From the NCBI GenBank assembly GCA_044220885.1, contig JBGAQE010000003.1, positions 2,414-66,413 of the forward strand: a DNA stretch of 64,000 bases, given 5' to 3'. The DNA is from Chitinophagaceae bacterium (lineage in GTDB: Bacteria > Bacteroidota > Bacteroidia > Chitinophagales > Chitinophagaceae). This document shows positions 1 to 9,571 of the stretch, one piece after another. The notes below the pieces were generated by a model. It did not search any database. It had not been told where the DNA came from and saw nothing but the letters and a program-made list of their open reading frames with translations. The number at the start of each line of letters is the position of its first letter. Positions within the stretch are counted from its first letter, which is position 1. The translations under genes and the position numbers were made by a program.

Positions 1-487
1 ATTCGAGATATATGGATTGCTTATTATTGTTTTTAGCAAGCACCTGTATATAATCGTCTATTCTTACGACCCCGGGCTTGACTCCCATTTCATATCCTTC
101 TGTGTAACCAGAGATTTTAGCGAATAATTCACCCGGAGTAAACTTTGACCAGTCCTTTGCTGACGAATAAGAAAGGGCAAAGTTGATTGTTTCAATATCC
201 TTTTCCGACATTACTTCCCTCAATGTATAAGACGATTCCCTTTTATTATAGTATGCCTGTGTACGAGTAGAGTCCTTATTCACTTCAGTAATAACCATCT
301 CGCAGTTCTTCAAACTTTCTGCAATTATGTGTAATGAATCTACATAATCACGACTTAGCAAGTGTTCGGTTCCTAATAAATAAGAAACATGGTTATCTGA
401 ATTATTGGTTACTTTCCAGAGTATGGTCTTTTGAGCGGAAAGAATGACTGGCAGAGATAGAAAAAGGCTTAAGAGTGCTTTTCTCAT
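1..487 (-). CDS. TraB/GumN (TIKI) family secreted protein, partial (runs off window start)
   Basis: Own translation from ATG at 487: MRKALLSLFLSLPVILSAQKTILWKVT...SYLLGTEH. Signal peptide plus the LW(K/R)...SYL.GT.H motif typical of TraB/GumN; no stop before position 1. Confidence 0.75.
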   Translation of the reverse strand, partial: MRKALLSLFLSLPVILSAQKTILWKVTNNSDNHVSYLLGTEHLLSRDYVDSLHIIAESLKNCEMVITEVNKDSTRTQAYYNKRESSYTLREVMSEKDIETINFALSYSSAKDWSKFTPGELFAKISGYTEGYEMGVKPGVVRIDDYIQVLAKNNNKQSIYLE

Positions 488-686
488 TGGTTGGTTTATT
501 GCAAGACGTATCTGCATTGACCAATGTTACATATTATAGTAAATATTTCATGGGGTTTTGCCGGGAAAGCGGAAAAGCGGGAATATTGCTTCTACTATTT
601 GGAGATTAAATATGATAAAATACTGTTTGTTTTTAATAAACGTGATTCCCAAAAAAACCTTCACTACTTCCCGACTATCCCTTTTC

Positions 687-1388
687 TCACTTCTTCACCG
701 GATAATTGAATATATTTCTTCCCAAATAGATATTACGTTCACAAATTTGTAAGGAAGAATCGGACGATGGAAGGAATTTGACCATACCTCCATTTTCCGT
801 TTGGGCGGTATTCTTCTCCACTTCCAATTGCCAGGGGTCATCGGGAAAAACGAGATCGGACAAAGCATATTCATTATATGCCGGTTCTTTAATAATGCAA
901 TGAATATGTGCCCTGTTTTTATTTGCTACATCTAATCCGGGTCGTCTTGTATAAAATGAATAACGGCCATCATCCATGGTTCGTATCCATCCCCTGATAA
1001 AGCCATGGACGGAATCCGCTCCTTTTTCATCCCCTCTTCTTGGATACAAACCATTATCATCGGAGTGATAGATATAAAAGATTACATCTTTTGCTGGCTT
1101 TCCATCAATATCGTAAATAGTTCCAGTAACTAGTAGTTTTTTCGTTGTATCATTTGTAAAATCAGGAAGTGTTTCGGTATTTGATAAAGCTTGGTCTTTG
1201 GGATACTCGTAAATACCACCACAAAGAGGACCGCAGGGTCCGCCAACCACGTCGGGGTGACGAACATAAAATTTCTTTTGGTTCACCCAGGATCGTAATT
1301 CGGGTGATTGCTTATACCATACAAGTCCTATCACAAGTAATAAGACGAATAGGATGAACAGCTTCTTCACAACGGTTGATTTCGCCAT
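687..1388 (-). CDS. Intradiol ring-cleavage dioxygenase family protein (protocatechuate 3,4-dioxygenase beta-like), N-terminally anchored
   Basis: VTGTIYDIDGKP, YHSDDNGLY, RGWIRT..DGRYSFYT.RPG and RAHIH motifs; N-terminal TM segment. Confidence 0.85.
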   Translation of the reverse strand: MAKSTVVKKLFILFVLLLVIGLVWYKQSPELRSWVNQKKFYVRHPDVVGGPCGPLCGGIYEYPKDQALSNTETLPDFTNDTTKKLLVTGTIYDIDGKPAKDVIFYIYHSDDNGLYPRRGDEKGADSVHGFIRGWIRTMDDGRYSFYTRRPGLDVANKNRAHIHCIIKEPAYNEYALSDLVFPDDPWQLEVEKNTAQTENGGMVKFLPSSDSSLQICERNIYLGRNIFNYPVKK

Positions 1389-1449
1389 GAATGGAAATTA
1401 TTATTACTCCTAATTTACCAAGAATATAGGAATTCAACTAATCGGAGTA

Positions 1450-2085
1450 TTAAGCTGAAGTGACAATTGCGAATGCCCAAACCAGATAAAATACAATATA
1501 TCCAACGTAAGTAATTGGGTGAATTTTTCGGAATACCCGCCAATCATATACAAAGAGAGAAAGAAAAAACAAGTTCCAAACTACTAGCAGAAAAGGAATA
1601 GGCTCCATGCCAAAACGGTCAGAGCAGCGGCTAAGGATGGGTTCCAATATGTAAAAAGTACCCATGAAGACATAGTGCTTATGCTTAGCAGCTTCATTTC
1701 TTTTTTTGTAAGCCAGCCACATCAGGATGATGAAGAGGGTCATGAAAATACGATTAGCCTTTACATAGTCATGCATTTGGCTCCAACCTTTAAATACAAT
1801 AATAAATATATAAAAGGAAGAGATGATGACTCCTGCGGCCATTAGAAAGCCTGTAATGCCTAGCTGTTTATGCAATTTGAAATTTGCCTTTCTTGCCAAA
1901 TAAGTTTGGATAACGAGGAAGATCATCCAGGCAAAGCAAAATAATCCATGGATGATGAACTTCGGGTCGCTGTTACTTTTCTGATGGATATCCGTAAACA
2001 GGTTATCAGAAAATCCGACAATTGAAAAAAAGAGGATGAATAGGCTGACAATAAAGAAATAGTTCCTTTTCATTGATTCATACAA
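1450..2085 (-). CDS. Multi-pass membrane protein with conserved His (DUF2306-like), paralogue of 6466..7197
   Basis: About 6 hydrophobic helices; IHG...W..L..Q..L....LHKQLG and HKH motifs. Confidence 0.6.
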   Translation of the reverse strand: MYESMKRNYFFIVSLFILFFSIVGFSDNLFTDIHQKSNSDPKFIIHGLFCFAWMIFLVIQTYLARKANFKLHKQLGITGFLMAAGVIISSFYIFIIVFKGWSQMHDYVKANRIFMTLFIILMWLAYKKRNEAAKHKHYVFMGTFYILEPILSRCSDRFGMEPIPFLLVVWNLFFLSLFVYDWRVFRKIHPITYVGYIVFYLVWAFAIVTSA

Positions 2086-2146
2086 TTATTGTCAAAATTG
2101 GACGTGAAAGGCCGTATTAAAAATAGCGAAATGGGGTGAAAAAGGG

Positions 2147-2206
2147 GGTTGTGTTTTACTTCGAGATGACATCTCCCGAGATGTCATCTCGAAGTACGCT
2201 ACAACC
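2147..2206. repeat. REP-like palindrome family A, copy 1
   Basis: ggttgtgttttacttcGAGATGACATCTCccGAGATGTCATCTCgaagtacgctacaacc; long inverted repeat that contains the TAG stop of the DinB gene. Confidence 0.85.
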
Positions 2207-2690
2207 TATCCTTTGCTTGAAAAACCCATTCTGGAGCATCATTCATTCCCTGCCTCAATAATAGATTCAATTGCGCCGCATGATGTTGAACATGGCGCAA
2301 GTTGTACAATAAAATTTCAATAACGGGATAACTCATTGTTTGAGATTCATTCGTCCAGTGGCTGATTGCGGTTTCATCTGTCAAATTCGCAATTACGGAT
2401 TGACATTTTTCTCTGCAAAACTGAAGGTAGGTCAATAGCTCATGCCTCGAATACGTTCTTGGGGGAAACGAATCCTCAAACTCTGATTGCGTAAAAGGGT
2501 CTGGAGGCATAAATCCAATTGGATTCAATGTTAGATAATAATCCAGGAAGAAAAGGCTATGATAGGCATTGTACCAGAATTTGGTATCTGTATTCCACAA
2601 ATTATCAGGGCATGCGATAATGGCGTTTTCGAGCATATCGATACAGGCACCGAATTGCTTCCAGACAGATTCTTTGAGTATTGTTAGCAT
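2199..2690 (-). CDS. DinB family protein
   Basis: Four-helix DinB pattern: early YH..F.LD, C-terminal RHVQHHAAQL. Confidence 0.88.
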   Translation of the reverse strand: MLTILKESVWKQFGACIDMLENAIIACPDNLWNTDTKFWYNAYHSLFFLDYYLTLNPIGFMPPDPFTQSEFEDSFPPRTYSRHELLTYLQFCREKCQSVIANLTDETAISHWTNESQTMSYPVIEILLYNLRHVQHHAAQLNLLLRQGMNDAPEWVFQAKDRL

Positions 2691-2737
2691 ATTGAATGGG
2701 TTCTTGAAAAGAATTGATAGCGAAATGGGAATTTCTT

Positions 2738-2810
2738 TTGTGTTTTACCTCAGGTTGACATCCCGGGAGATGACATCTCCCGAGATGTCATCTCGAAGTA
2801 GCACACAACC
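2738..2810. repeat. REP-like palindrome family A, copy 2 (three 15-bp units)
   Basis: ttgtgttttacctcaggttgacatcccgggagatgacatctcccgagatgtcatctcgaagtagcacacaacc; abuts the stop codon at 2810-2812. Confidence 0.85.
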
Positions 2811-5338
2811 TATTTTTCTGATACAACCACTTCATCAGTCTCAGTATTCGCAAAAGATTCAAAAACCAAGCTTCCCACCGACGAAGTCTTAAGACGCTTC
2901 AAAATATTCTGATTGATTCTAACCATATAATAACTATTGGGCTTCAATCCATTCACCTTGTATTTCAAACCAGTCACTTTATTGGTTCTTGATGACTGGG
3001 TCAACCTGATCTCTTCTTTCTCCCATTTTATGATTTCAATATCCAGTCCGGCAGCTACTGTAGTAATGGCGAGTGAAGGCCTATCGGTAGCCCCATTAAA
3101 ATATAAAAGCTCATTTCCCTTACTGAAAAAACCAAATGAAGTTGGAGCTGTAACTTTAAATCGATTATCTGATACTGAATATCGGTTCATATTCAAATCA
3201 ATCAGTAATGGCCTGTCACGATACGTATATCTCACCTGTGTTCCTTCTAAAGCAGGAGTTATATGAGGTTCCAGATAAAACCGATTGTATAATGGATTGA
3301 TGCCATAAACTGCCTGATACAATCCAACAACAGAAAGGCTGTTACCAGAAAGTATATCATCACCAAGTCCATCCTGTTTGGCACGACCATATCGTTGGAA
3401 GGCCAGTCCATCCTTTGCATACTGAGTAAGCACATTATTTACATACTTAACTGCTAATTCGGGTTTGTAAGAAGCATAAGCTTTTACTGCTACAGATCCC
3501 CAGGACAAAAAGATATCTCCATTTTCATAGTTGGCGAATGGGAATTGCCAGTCATTCCCTTCACCCGGAGCATAACTATATAAGCAGATGGGCCAGAAGA
3601 AAAGATTCTCTTTCACCATTTGTGTTTCTATATCGTCAAGAATTATCTTGGTTCTTTCCTTGTCATCACAAATTCCATAAGCAATGGCCATGAAATTTAC
3701 AGGGGTCACCATATTAGTACCATGTATTGAACCATCCTTATCGCGCCAATGGATATAGCATTTCTTTTCTGAATCCCAGAAACCTCCGTCTGCAGTTGAT
3801 TTATTAAAATTTGTCTTTAGCTTTTCTGCAAATTCTTTGTAGTATTTCTCTTTTATCTTATTTCCTAACTGCCTTTCAATGTCGGTCCACAACACTAATG
3901 CCCGATAAAGCTTGGCATTTACAAAAGCGTTTTCATATGCTGCCCAAATGATATCGATCCAATCACTTCCTCTTTTCTGTTTATGGCTATCAGTAACCAT
4001 TTCTACCAACGCATTACCATTGCTGTCGCGTTTCATTAACCATTCCAATGCCTTTTCACATGCCAGTTGATGTGTTCTTACCCAAGTCAGATCTCCATTC
4101 TGATCATATAGTTCCGCTACATTAGTTACGAAGTCAGGATTAGCATCTAAAAGATAGCCCCATTGTGCTTCATAAAAACCTTTGCCAGTATAGGCTTTTG
4201 GCATTGCATCTTCATTGCTATAAGCCCATCGTGGCCAAACCCTGCCATCGGGTTTGATAGCATTATCGCGATAGAAATCGAGGCATTCCCGATACCCTTT
4301 AAGATAAGCAGCATCATTAATACCTAACCCCATCTGTGCAATATATTGTTCGTGCAAACAAATGGGACCATAAGGAGTATGCCAGCTATTACCACCGAAA
4401 TGCTTCTTATCTATCACACCTATCCGGGCAATGGTATTCAACACTGCACTAACCTGGTCTTCATTAACACCAACTAATTTGCCTCTTCCAAACTTTTCTT
4501 TGAAATCGAAATATGAAAGAGTGATGCGCTGATGCGTTTTACCTGCATTAATTGTTATTGGCGACCATATATCAGTTGTGTCTCTCACATATCTTCTTCT
4601 ATGGGTGCCCGAATCAAATCGGGGAATAATCTCTTTTGATGACAAGGCAATAGTATATGCCAATTGATCTCCTTTCGTTCTACTATAGTCCATTGCTATT
4701 TGTTGCCCTGGTGCATCAACAGATACTATGAGGCCGTTATTTGTTTTGCTATTCCAAAAGCGAGATGTTTGGCTATGTACTCCGTAGGTATCCTGTTTTT
4801 TATTAAATAGATAAAACCATGCTAATCCGCCATAATCCTGATAGGCTCCTTCCCAAATATCCATATTACTAAAATTCATCACAGGAAATCCAACTTTCTC
4901 AGCAGTTATGGATTTCGATATATTCCTATCTATGTCGAGTTTGATATCATCCTTTGTAATAGTGAATTGCCAGGATTCTACAATCGCTACACTATTATCA
5001 CCATATTGGATATTTTTTACACTAATTATGTTATTGGAAATAGAAATTGAAGGTGATTTAGCCAATTTCAAAGTTGAAAAGCGGGCTGCTTTTGTACCTA
5101 TGCTTGAATACAATCCAGATTCGCCATGAATCACTTCCTGGCCATTTATAGCAATTGATGATAAATTGGCTTTGTTATTATAGTCCAACTCAAGGGTCAC
5201 CATCTTATTTCCAAATACTATCCGCTTTTCATCCGGATAATTCCTGACAGAATAAGTTTGCGCCTTTGATGAAATGCTGGCAACAATAAAAAAAGATAAA
5301 ATAAAAGAAAATGTAAGAATAGATTTTAGCCTTATCAT
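2810..5338 (-). CDS. Secreted (alpha/alpha)6-barrel glycoside hydrolase-like protein (GH63/GH78/GH116-like fold, family uncertain)
   Basis: Signal peptide ending AQ; YDQNGD..W, RDSNGNALVE, SDWID, AFVNAKLYRAL, FW....CY and YENG segments typical of six-hairpin glycosidases. Confidence 0.65.
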   Translation of the reverse strand: MIRLKSILTFSFILSFFIVASISSKAQTYSVRNYPDEKRIVFGNKMVTLELDYNNKANLSSIAINGQEVIHGESGLYSSIGTKAARFSTLKLAKSPSISISNNIISVKNIQYGDNSVAIVESWQFTITKDDIKLDIDRNISKSITAEKVGFPVMNFSNMDIWEGAYQDYGGLAWFYLFNKKQDTYGVHSQTSRFWNSKTNNGLIVSVDAPGQQIAMDYSRTKGDQLAYTIALSSKEIIPRFDSGTHRRRYVRDTTDIWSPITINAGKTHQRITLSYFDFKEKFGRGKLVGVNEDQVSAVLNTIARIGVIDKKHFGGNSWHTPYGPICLHEQYIAQMGLGINDAAYLKGYRECLDFYRDNAIKPDGRVWPRWAYSNEDAMPKAYTGKGFYEAQWGYLLDANPDFVTNVAELYDQNGDLTWVRTHQLACEKALEWLMKRDSNGNALVEMVTDSHKQKRGSDWIDIIWAAYENAFVNAKLYRALVLWTDIERQLGNKIKEKYYKEFAEKLKTNFNKSTADGGFWDSEKKCYIHWRDKDGSIHGTNMVTPVNFMAIAYGICDDKERTKIILDDIETQMVKENLFFWPICLYSYAPGEGNDWQFPFANYENGDIFLSWGSVAVKAYASYKPELAVKYVNNVLTQYAKDGLAFQRYGRAKQDGLGDDILSGNSLSVVGLYQAVYGINPLYNRFYLEPHITPALEGTQVRYTYRDRPLLIDLNMNRYSVSDNRFKVTAPTSFGFFSKGNELLYFNGATDRPSLAITTVAAGLDIEIIKWEKEEIRLTQSSRTNKVTGLKYKVNGLKPNSYYMVRINQNILKRLKTSSVGSLVFESFANTETDEVVVSEK

Positions 5339-5436
5339 GTTTCTGGCTGAATACTTTTGGAATGTAAGTCAGAAGTAACAGCAAATAAATGTATGAATTA
5401 AAGCTGAAATCGTTTCTTGTTGGAATCATGGCAACA

Positions 5437-5913
5437 CTATCCTTGCCTTAGTAATCTGAGAGTGATGCCTATTTGTCCCATATGGTAAATATCATGTTGT
5501 AATATCCCTTCAATCAGATAGTGATAGTTATATTCGTAGTCGCGGAATGGGGTTTTCAGAAATTCATCATCTTTTCCTTCAATCAACCGGATTAGTTCAA
5601 ATCGACTTTCATTGAATACATCTTTCAATTGTTGCCAGCCAAATTGTTTAAGTTCTTCATTTGTTTTCCAATCTTCTGGCATTTCCATCAACTCTCTTTT
5701 GCCGCCTTCAAATCGAAGAATGCATTCTTTCCTCCATTCGAGCATATGGGAAACATGTTCAGCAACACTATGTAATTGGGGATGTGGTTGTGCAAAAACT
5801 TCGTCGTCGGTTAGTGTTCCGACCTTATCATTGAAGGATTGATCGAACCACAACGAACCATAATGAAGTTCATTGATTTGACGGATGAGATCGTTAATAA
5901 GAACTGAGGCCAT
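5437..5913 (-). CDS. DinB family protein
   Basis: HSVAEHVSHM...W and GILQHDIYHMGQI motifs. Confidence 0.88.
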   Translation of the reverse strand: MASVLINDLIRQINELHYGSLWFDQSFNDKVGTLTDDEVFAQPHPQLHSVAEHVSHMLEWRKECILRFEGGKRELMEMPEDWKTNEELKQFGWQQLKDVFNESRFELIRLIEGKDDEFLKTPFRDYEYNYHYLIEGILQHDIYHMGQIGITLRLLRQG

Positions 5914-5925
5914 TATTAATCAGGA

Positions 5926-6276
5926 TTATTCAACGAAATGCCAGCAAACTCCGGCAATATCAATCACATTTACTTCCATGCCATAGGGCATTTTTGAAGG
6001 ATTACCTAGTTTGATACCGAATTTCTCTACTAATTGTTTGTCAACTACGGATTGCCAGAATTCTGTCGCGCTGCTGATTTTTACATTCATCATCAGGTTT
6101 TCAGCAAATTCTTTGTTGTCGTATCGTTGAAGGATGAATTTACATCCGTCTTTATCAAAGCCAACATAATCACCGGCATCCCAGGAGATGGAGAATCCCA
6201 GTTCTTGAAAAAGTTGTTTGGATTTATCGAAAGAGGGTCCGGAGGGAATGAAGGGTTCGAGGGATAAGAATTTCAT
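5926..6276 (-). CDS. VOC/glyoxalase-bleomycin resistance family protein
   Basis: PF.PS...F..S..LF.ELGF and PYGMEVNVIDIAGVCWHF. Confidence 0.8.
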   Translation of the reverse strand: MKFLSLEPFIPSGPSFDKSKQLFQELGFSISWDAGDYVGFDKDGCKFILQRYDNKEFAENLMMNVKISSATEFWQSVVDKQLVEKFGIKLGNPSKMPYGMEVNVIDIAGVCWHFVE

Positions 6277-6315
6277 AATTAGTTATTTACTATTCAAATG
6301 TAAGGAAAGGGGGTG

Positions 6316-6462
6316 GAGAAGTCATCTCCCGGGTTGACATCCTGGAGGATGACATCTCCCGAGATGTCATCTCCTGAGCGCATCACCCAAATACAACCGT
6401 TTTTTCCTTAAAATAAATGGGAAAATCACGTTGAGATGTCATCTCCCGAGATGACATCTCGA
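6316..6462. repeat. Composite (REPIN/BIME-like) family A element, copy 3: four units + ~60-bp spacer + two units
   Basis: GAGATG(A/T)CATCTC-type units at 15-bp period; spacer nearly identical to 15934-15992. Confidence 0.85.
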
Positions 6463-6465
6463 TTT

Positions 6466-7197
6466 CTAGCCCTTTATCAACATCTTCAAAAACGATTGTA
6501 TAGCTTCCGATCTCCCCATAGGTTCTAATAATAATATAAAGAGGTTAATGGCCACTGCCAGATATGTAGCTGGATGTTTCAATTTTCCATATTTCCAGGC
6601 CGCTCCGGCCAACATCAATAATATCATTACCTGTGTATAGTAAAGAGGAGTCATGATATTAATATTCGGCCAGTCCTTACTATTGATACCTATATATACA
6701 TTTTGAACCCCTCGTCCTAATGCTGGCATCATAATTAAGAAAACTGTGGTGATCAGCCACCAGGCATGATCTTCTAACTTCTTTCTATGTATAATACTTT
6801 TAATTACTGCATAACCAAAAGCTGCCATCATTACGATTTCAACAGCAGCCACCCCCATAAAAAACCAGGATTGAAAAGGACCAAACTTATCCGGATTCTC
6901 AGCAACGTGTTGCGCATTCGCCAAGTCCCTGTTCATCATACTGAATGCTGTGAGACAAACGCCACCAGCTAAAAACATTCCTATTATTCCATTGGTGCGA
7001 TGTTTATCTAATTTGCCATGAGTAGCAAAATATGGTTGAATGATGAGATATAAATACCAGGCTGTACCTGTCCAATAATGAACATGAACCGACCATGCAT
7101 TATCTGTAAAATCGCCCCAGTAGTCCATGAAAATTCCTAATTGCATGAACGCCATGGGGATTAGCATCCAGAGGTATAAGGATTTATACTTGCTCAT
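6466..7197 (-). CDS. Multi-pass membrane protein with conserved His (DUF2306-like)
   Basis: HVHYW...W..L.I.Q......KHRTNG, HAWW and KHPA; same pattern as 1450..2085. Confidence 0.6.
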   Translation of the reverse strand: MSKYKSLYLWMLIPMAFMQLGIFMDYWGDFTDNAWSVHVHYWTGTAWYLYLIIQPYFATHGKLDKHRTNGIIGMFLAGGVCLTAFSMMNRDLANAQHVAENPDKFGPFQSWFFMGVAAVEIVMMAAFGYAVIKSIIHRKKLEDHAWWLITTVFLIMMPALGRGVQNVYIGINSKDWPNINIMTPLYYTQVMILLMLAGAAWKYGKLKHPATYLAVAINLFILLLEPMGRSEAIQSFLKMLIKG

Positions 7198-7310
7198 ATA
7201 CAGTTTGTTTTGGCTATTATGAATATAGGATTAAAAATACAACTCCAATTTTAATACGAGTTGCCATCTTAATAGCGAAAAAGGGTGATTTTTGAATGAA
7301 AACATCAAGG

Positions 7311-7357
7311 TGAGATGTCATCTCGGGAGATGACATCTTGTGTAAGGCACAAACTCC
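7311..7357. repeat. REP-like palindrome family A, copy 4
   Basis: tgagatgtcatctcgggagatgacatcttgtgtaaggcacaaactcc, directly after the stop at 7359. Confidence 0.8.
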
Positions 7358-7358
7358 A

Positions 7359-8261
7359 TCACATCTTCCTGTACCCAGTACTAATAAGAGAATTCGGCTT
7401 GAGATAGATAAACTCCCTTTTTGCATCAATGATAATATTGAATCGCTTAAGTATATCTCCCCCCAGTACACTTATCTTTTGTCTACCTAAAGCTCCTTCA
7501 AAAAAGCCGGCAGGAACATCAGAAAGAATTAATCCCTCAATAAAAAAACCGGGTAGAATAACTTGTTTTGAAATCAACACATTCCCATAAGAATCACTTA
7601 GCTTTTTTTCTCCGATCACTTTCAATGATTCATTAATCTTTGTATCCTTTGCAAACTGGTCATCAAACAGCAAAGCGCCTGCATACCCTGAATGCAATAG
7701 AAATTTATTAGTAAATACACCCGCATTAGTTTTACAAGAGGCTTCAATAAATAATTCATCATCGTCTACTAATAGCTTAACCTTTTTGTACTTCTTCATC
7801 TTACGGGCCATGGTATTATAAACATACATCACAGATTTATCAAAATCCATCTCAATCACTTTCCCTTTAAAAAGGTCAATCCCGAATTTCCCATCTGTAA
7901 ATTGTCCTGAGTTCACATTCTCCCAGATTGGAACTTCCTTCCAAATCAAATCACCTATTTGTAAAGTATTGCTCTTGCTAAGCCTTGAAGAATTTGACTG
8001 TCCTCCCCAACTTTGAATACTATCGGTATTCTCCGTAAAACGGATGGATTTCAATTTCTTTACAGCCTCTTCAGTAAGCGTTACTGCATTTGCAGCAGTA
8101 TGGAACATCAATTGAACTGTATCCGTGTTATTAAGGATGGCCTTAATTGATAGGTTATTGTATTCAGTAAGTAGAAAAGGTATCGTTGATTTGCTTTGGG
8201 CTGAAGTAAAATGAAAGCAAAATAAACAAATGACGAATGAATACAATTTCAACTTACGCAT
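7359..8261 (-). CDS. Secreted two-domain retropepsin-like (clan AA aspartyl protease fold) protein with His in place of both catalytic Asp
   Basis: Signal peptide ending AQ; two repeats of the pepsin/retropepsin pattern: LMFHTAA...DGKFG.DLF....IEMDFD and FLLHSGY...SVLGGDILKRFNIIID. Confidence 0.75.
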   Translation of the reverse strand: MRKLKLYSFVICLFCFHFTSAQSKSTIPFLLTEYNNLSIKAILNNTDTVQLMFHTAANAVTLTEEAVKKLKSIRFTENTDSIQSWGGQSNSSRLSKSNTLQIGDLIWKEVPIWENVNSGQFTDGKFGIDLFKGKVIEMDFDKSVMYVYNTMARKMKKYKKVKLLVDDDELFIEASCKTNAGVFTNKFLLHSGYAGALLFDDQFAKDTKINESLKVIGEKKLSDSYGNVLISKQVILPGFFIEGLILSDVPAGFFEGALGRQKISVLGGDILKRFNIIIDAKREFIYLKPNSLISTGYRKM

Positions 8262-8487
8262 ATTTTCATTTTATATTATGAAGATATGTACTTACCACTT
8301 CACTTTATAAATAATAAGAGATATCACGCTCTATAGTATACCCGAAATCAATTTAACGTATCATAATGATTTGCAGCACAATGGCGAAAGCAAAACTCTG
8401 TAACTTTTCAACCTCTAACCAATCCAGATTATTTATTCTACTTTTATATTGAATTTTCCGTCTTCACTCCTTTTATAATTAATCATA

Positions 8488-9315
8488 ATGGAAAACAATA
8501 CAATTGAAATCAACTACCAGGATAAGATCCTGTGGTTCGTATTGTATCCATTCATGTCCATTGCCTTTGTATATATTGGTAGCGACAACTTCCTGAACAG
8601 ATTTACAAAAGAGCCTTATTTTTTACTGGATATACTCCTTTCATTCTCCCTGGTATTTATGAGTGGATGGTATATTCTTAATATCACCAAATGGCTGGAT
8701 AAAAAATATGATTGGCGTTTTGGACTCCGAAAGAGAAACCTGCAACAATTAATGTGGGGCGGACTATTACCCTTGGTTTGCAGTATGTTACTTGAAGTTA
8801 CTTACCTATTGATTATAAAGCTTCCGCTAAGCAAATCTTCTATCCTGAATCTGGAGCTACCCCTCAGTATCTTGTTTTTGGGTCTTGCCAATACATTTTA
8901 TGTTATTCAGTACTTCCTGAAATATAAAGAACTGGAAATATCTGGTGGATCAAGCGACTCTTACCAAAAAGAGCAAAATCATATTGAACAAATAACCGTT
9001 CAAAGCGGGTCTACCGAAAGGAAACTTGACTTAGCAGATTGCGCTTATATAAAAAGCGCCCAAAAGCTACTTTGGGTTGTCACTTTTTCTGGTGACCAAT
9101 TCAGGATTTCAGGAACTCTCGACGAATGGGAAAACAAATTGGATCCCTCCTTCTACAGAATAAATCGCCAATACATTACCTCCAGGAACGCTATCAAGGC
9201 TGTTGAGCAAACAGAAACACGGAAATTAAAATTGGAATTCTTTACCTCTCAGCCCGATGACGTGTTCGTTTCAAAACAAAATGCTGCCAGCTTCAGGAAA
9301 TGGTGGAACCAATGA
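8488..9315 (+). CDS. Membrane-anchored LytTR-family transcriptional regulator
   Basis: Four N-terminal TM helices; C-terminal LytTR domain (TLDEWENKLDPSFYRINRQYI...VSKQNAASFRKW); no receiver domain. Confidence 0.85.
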   Translation: MENNTIEINYQDKILWFVLYPFMSIAFVYIGSDNFLNRFTKEPYFLLDILLSFSLVFMSGWYILNITKWLDKKYDWRFGLRKRNLQQLMWGGLLPLVCSMLLEVTYLLIIKLPLSKSSILNLELPLSILFLGLANTFYVIQYFLKYKELEISGGSSDSYQKEQNHIEQITVQSGSTERKLDLADCAYIKSAQKLLWVVTFSGDQFRISGTLDEWENKLDPSFYRINRQYITSRNAIKAVEQTETRKLKLEFFTSQPDDVFVSKQNAASFRKWWNQ

Positions 9316-9317
9316 TT

Positions 9318-9348
9318 CCCGTTTCAGTCTAAAACATGCCCGTTTCGG
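9318..9348 (+). promoter_or_regulatory. Probable LytTR binding site (direct repeat, 21-bp period)
   Basis: cccgtttcag at 9318 and cccgtttcgg at 9339, followed by a Bacteroidota -7-like box tacttttg at ~9392. Confidence 0.6.
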
Positions 9349-9571
9349 TTTTTTCGATCCCAACTATCTGAATTACAGCATAGTCCTTGAATACTTTTGG
9401 GCCGAATTCAAAAGTAGTTTTCATGAAAATAACCTTATCCCTTTCCACTACACAGTATCCAGATGTTGGATTTAGTGAGTGTCATATTATTCCTAGCAAT
9501 AATATGGCGGGGCCTACCTTATGCATAACCCCTTTTGGGAACACATTTCTATTTTTAAAAATCATTCAAAA

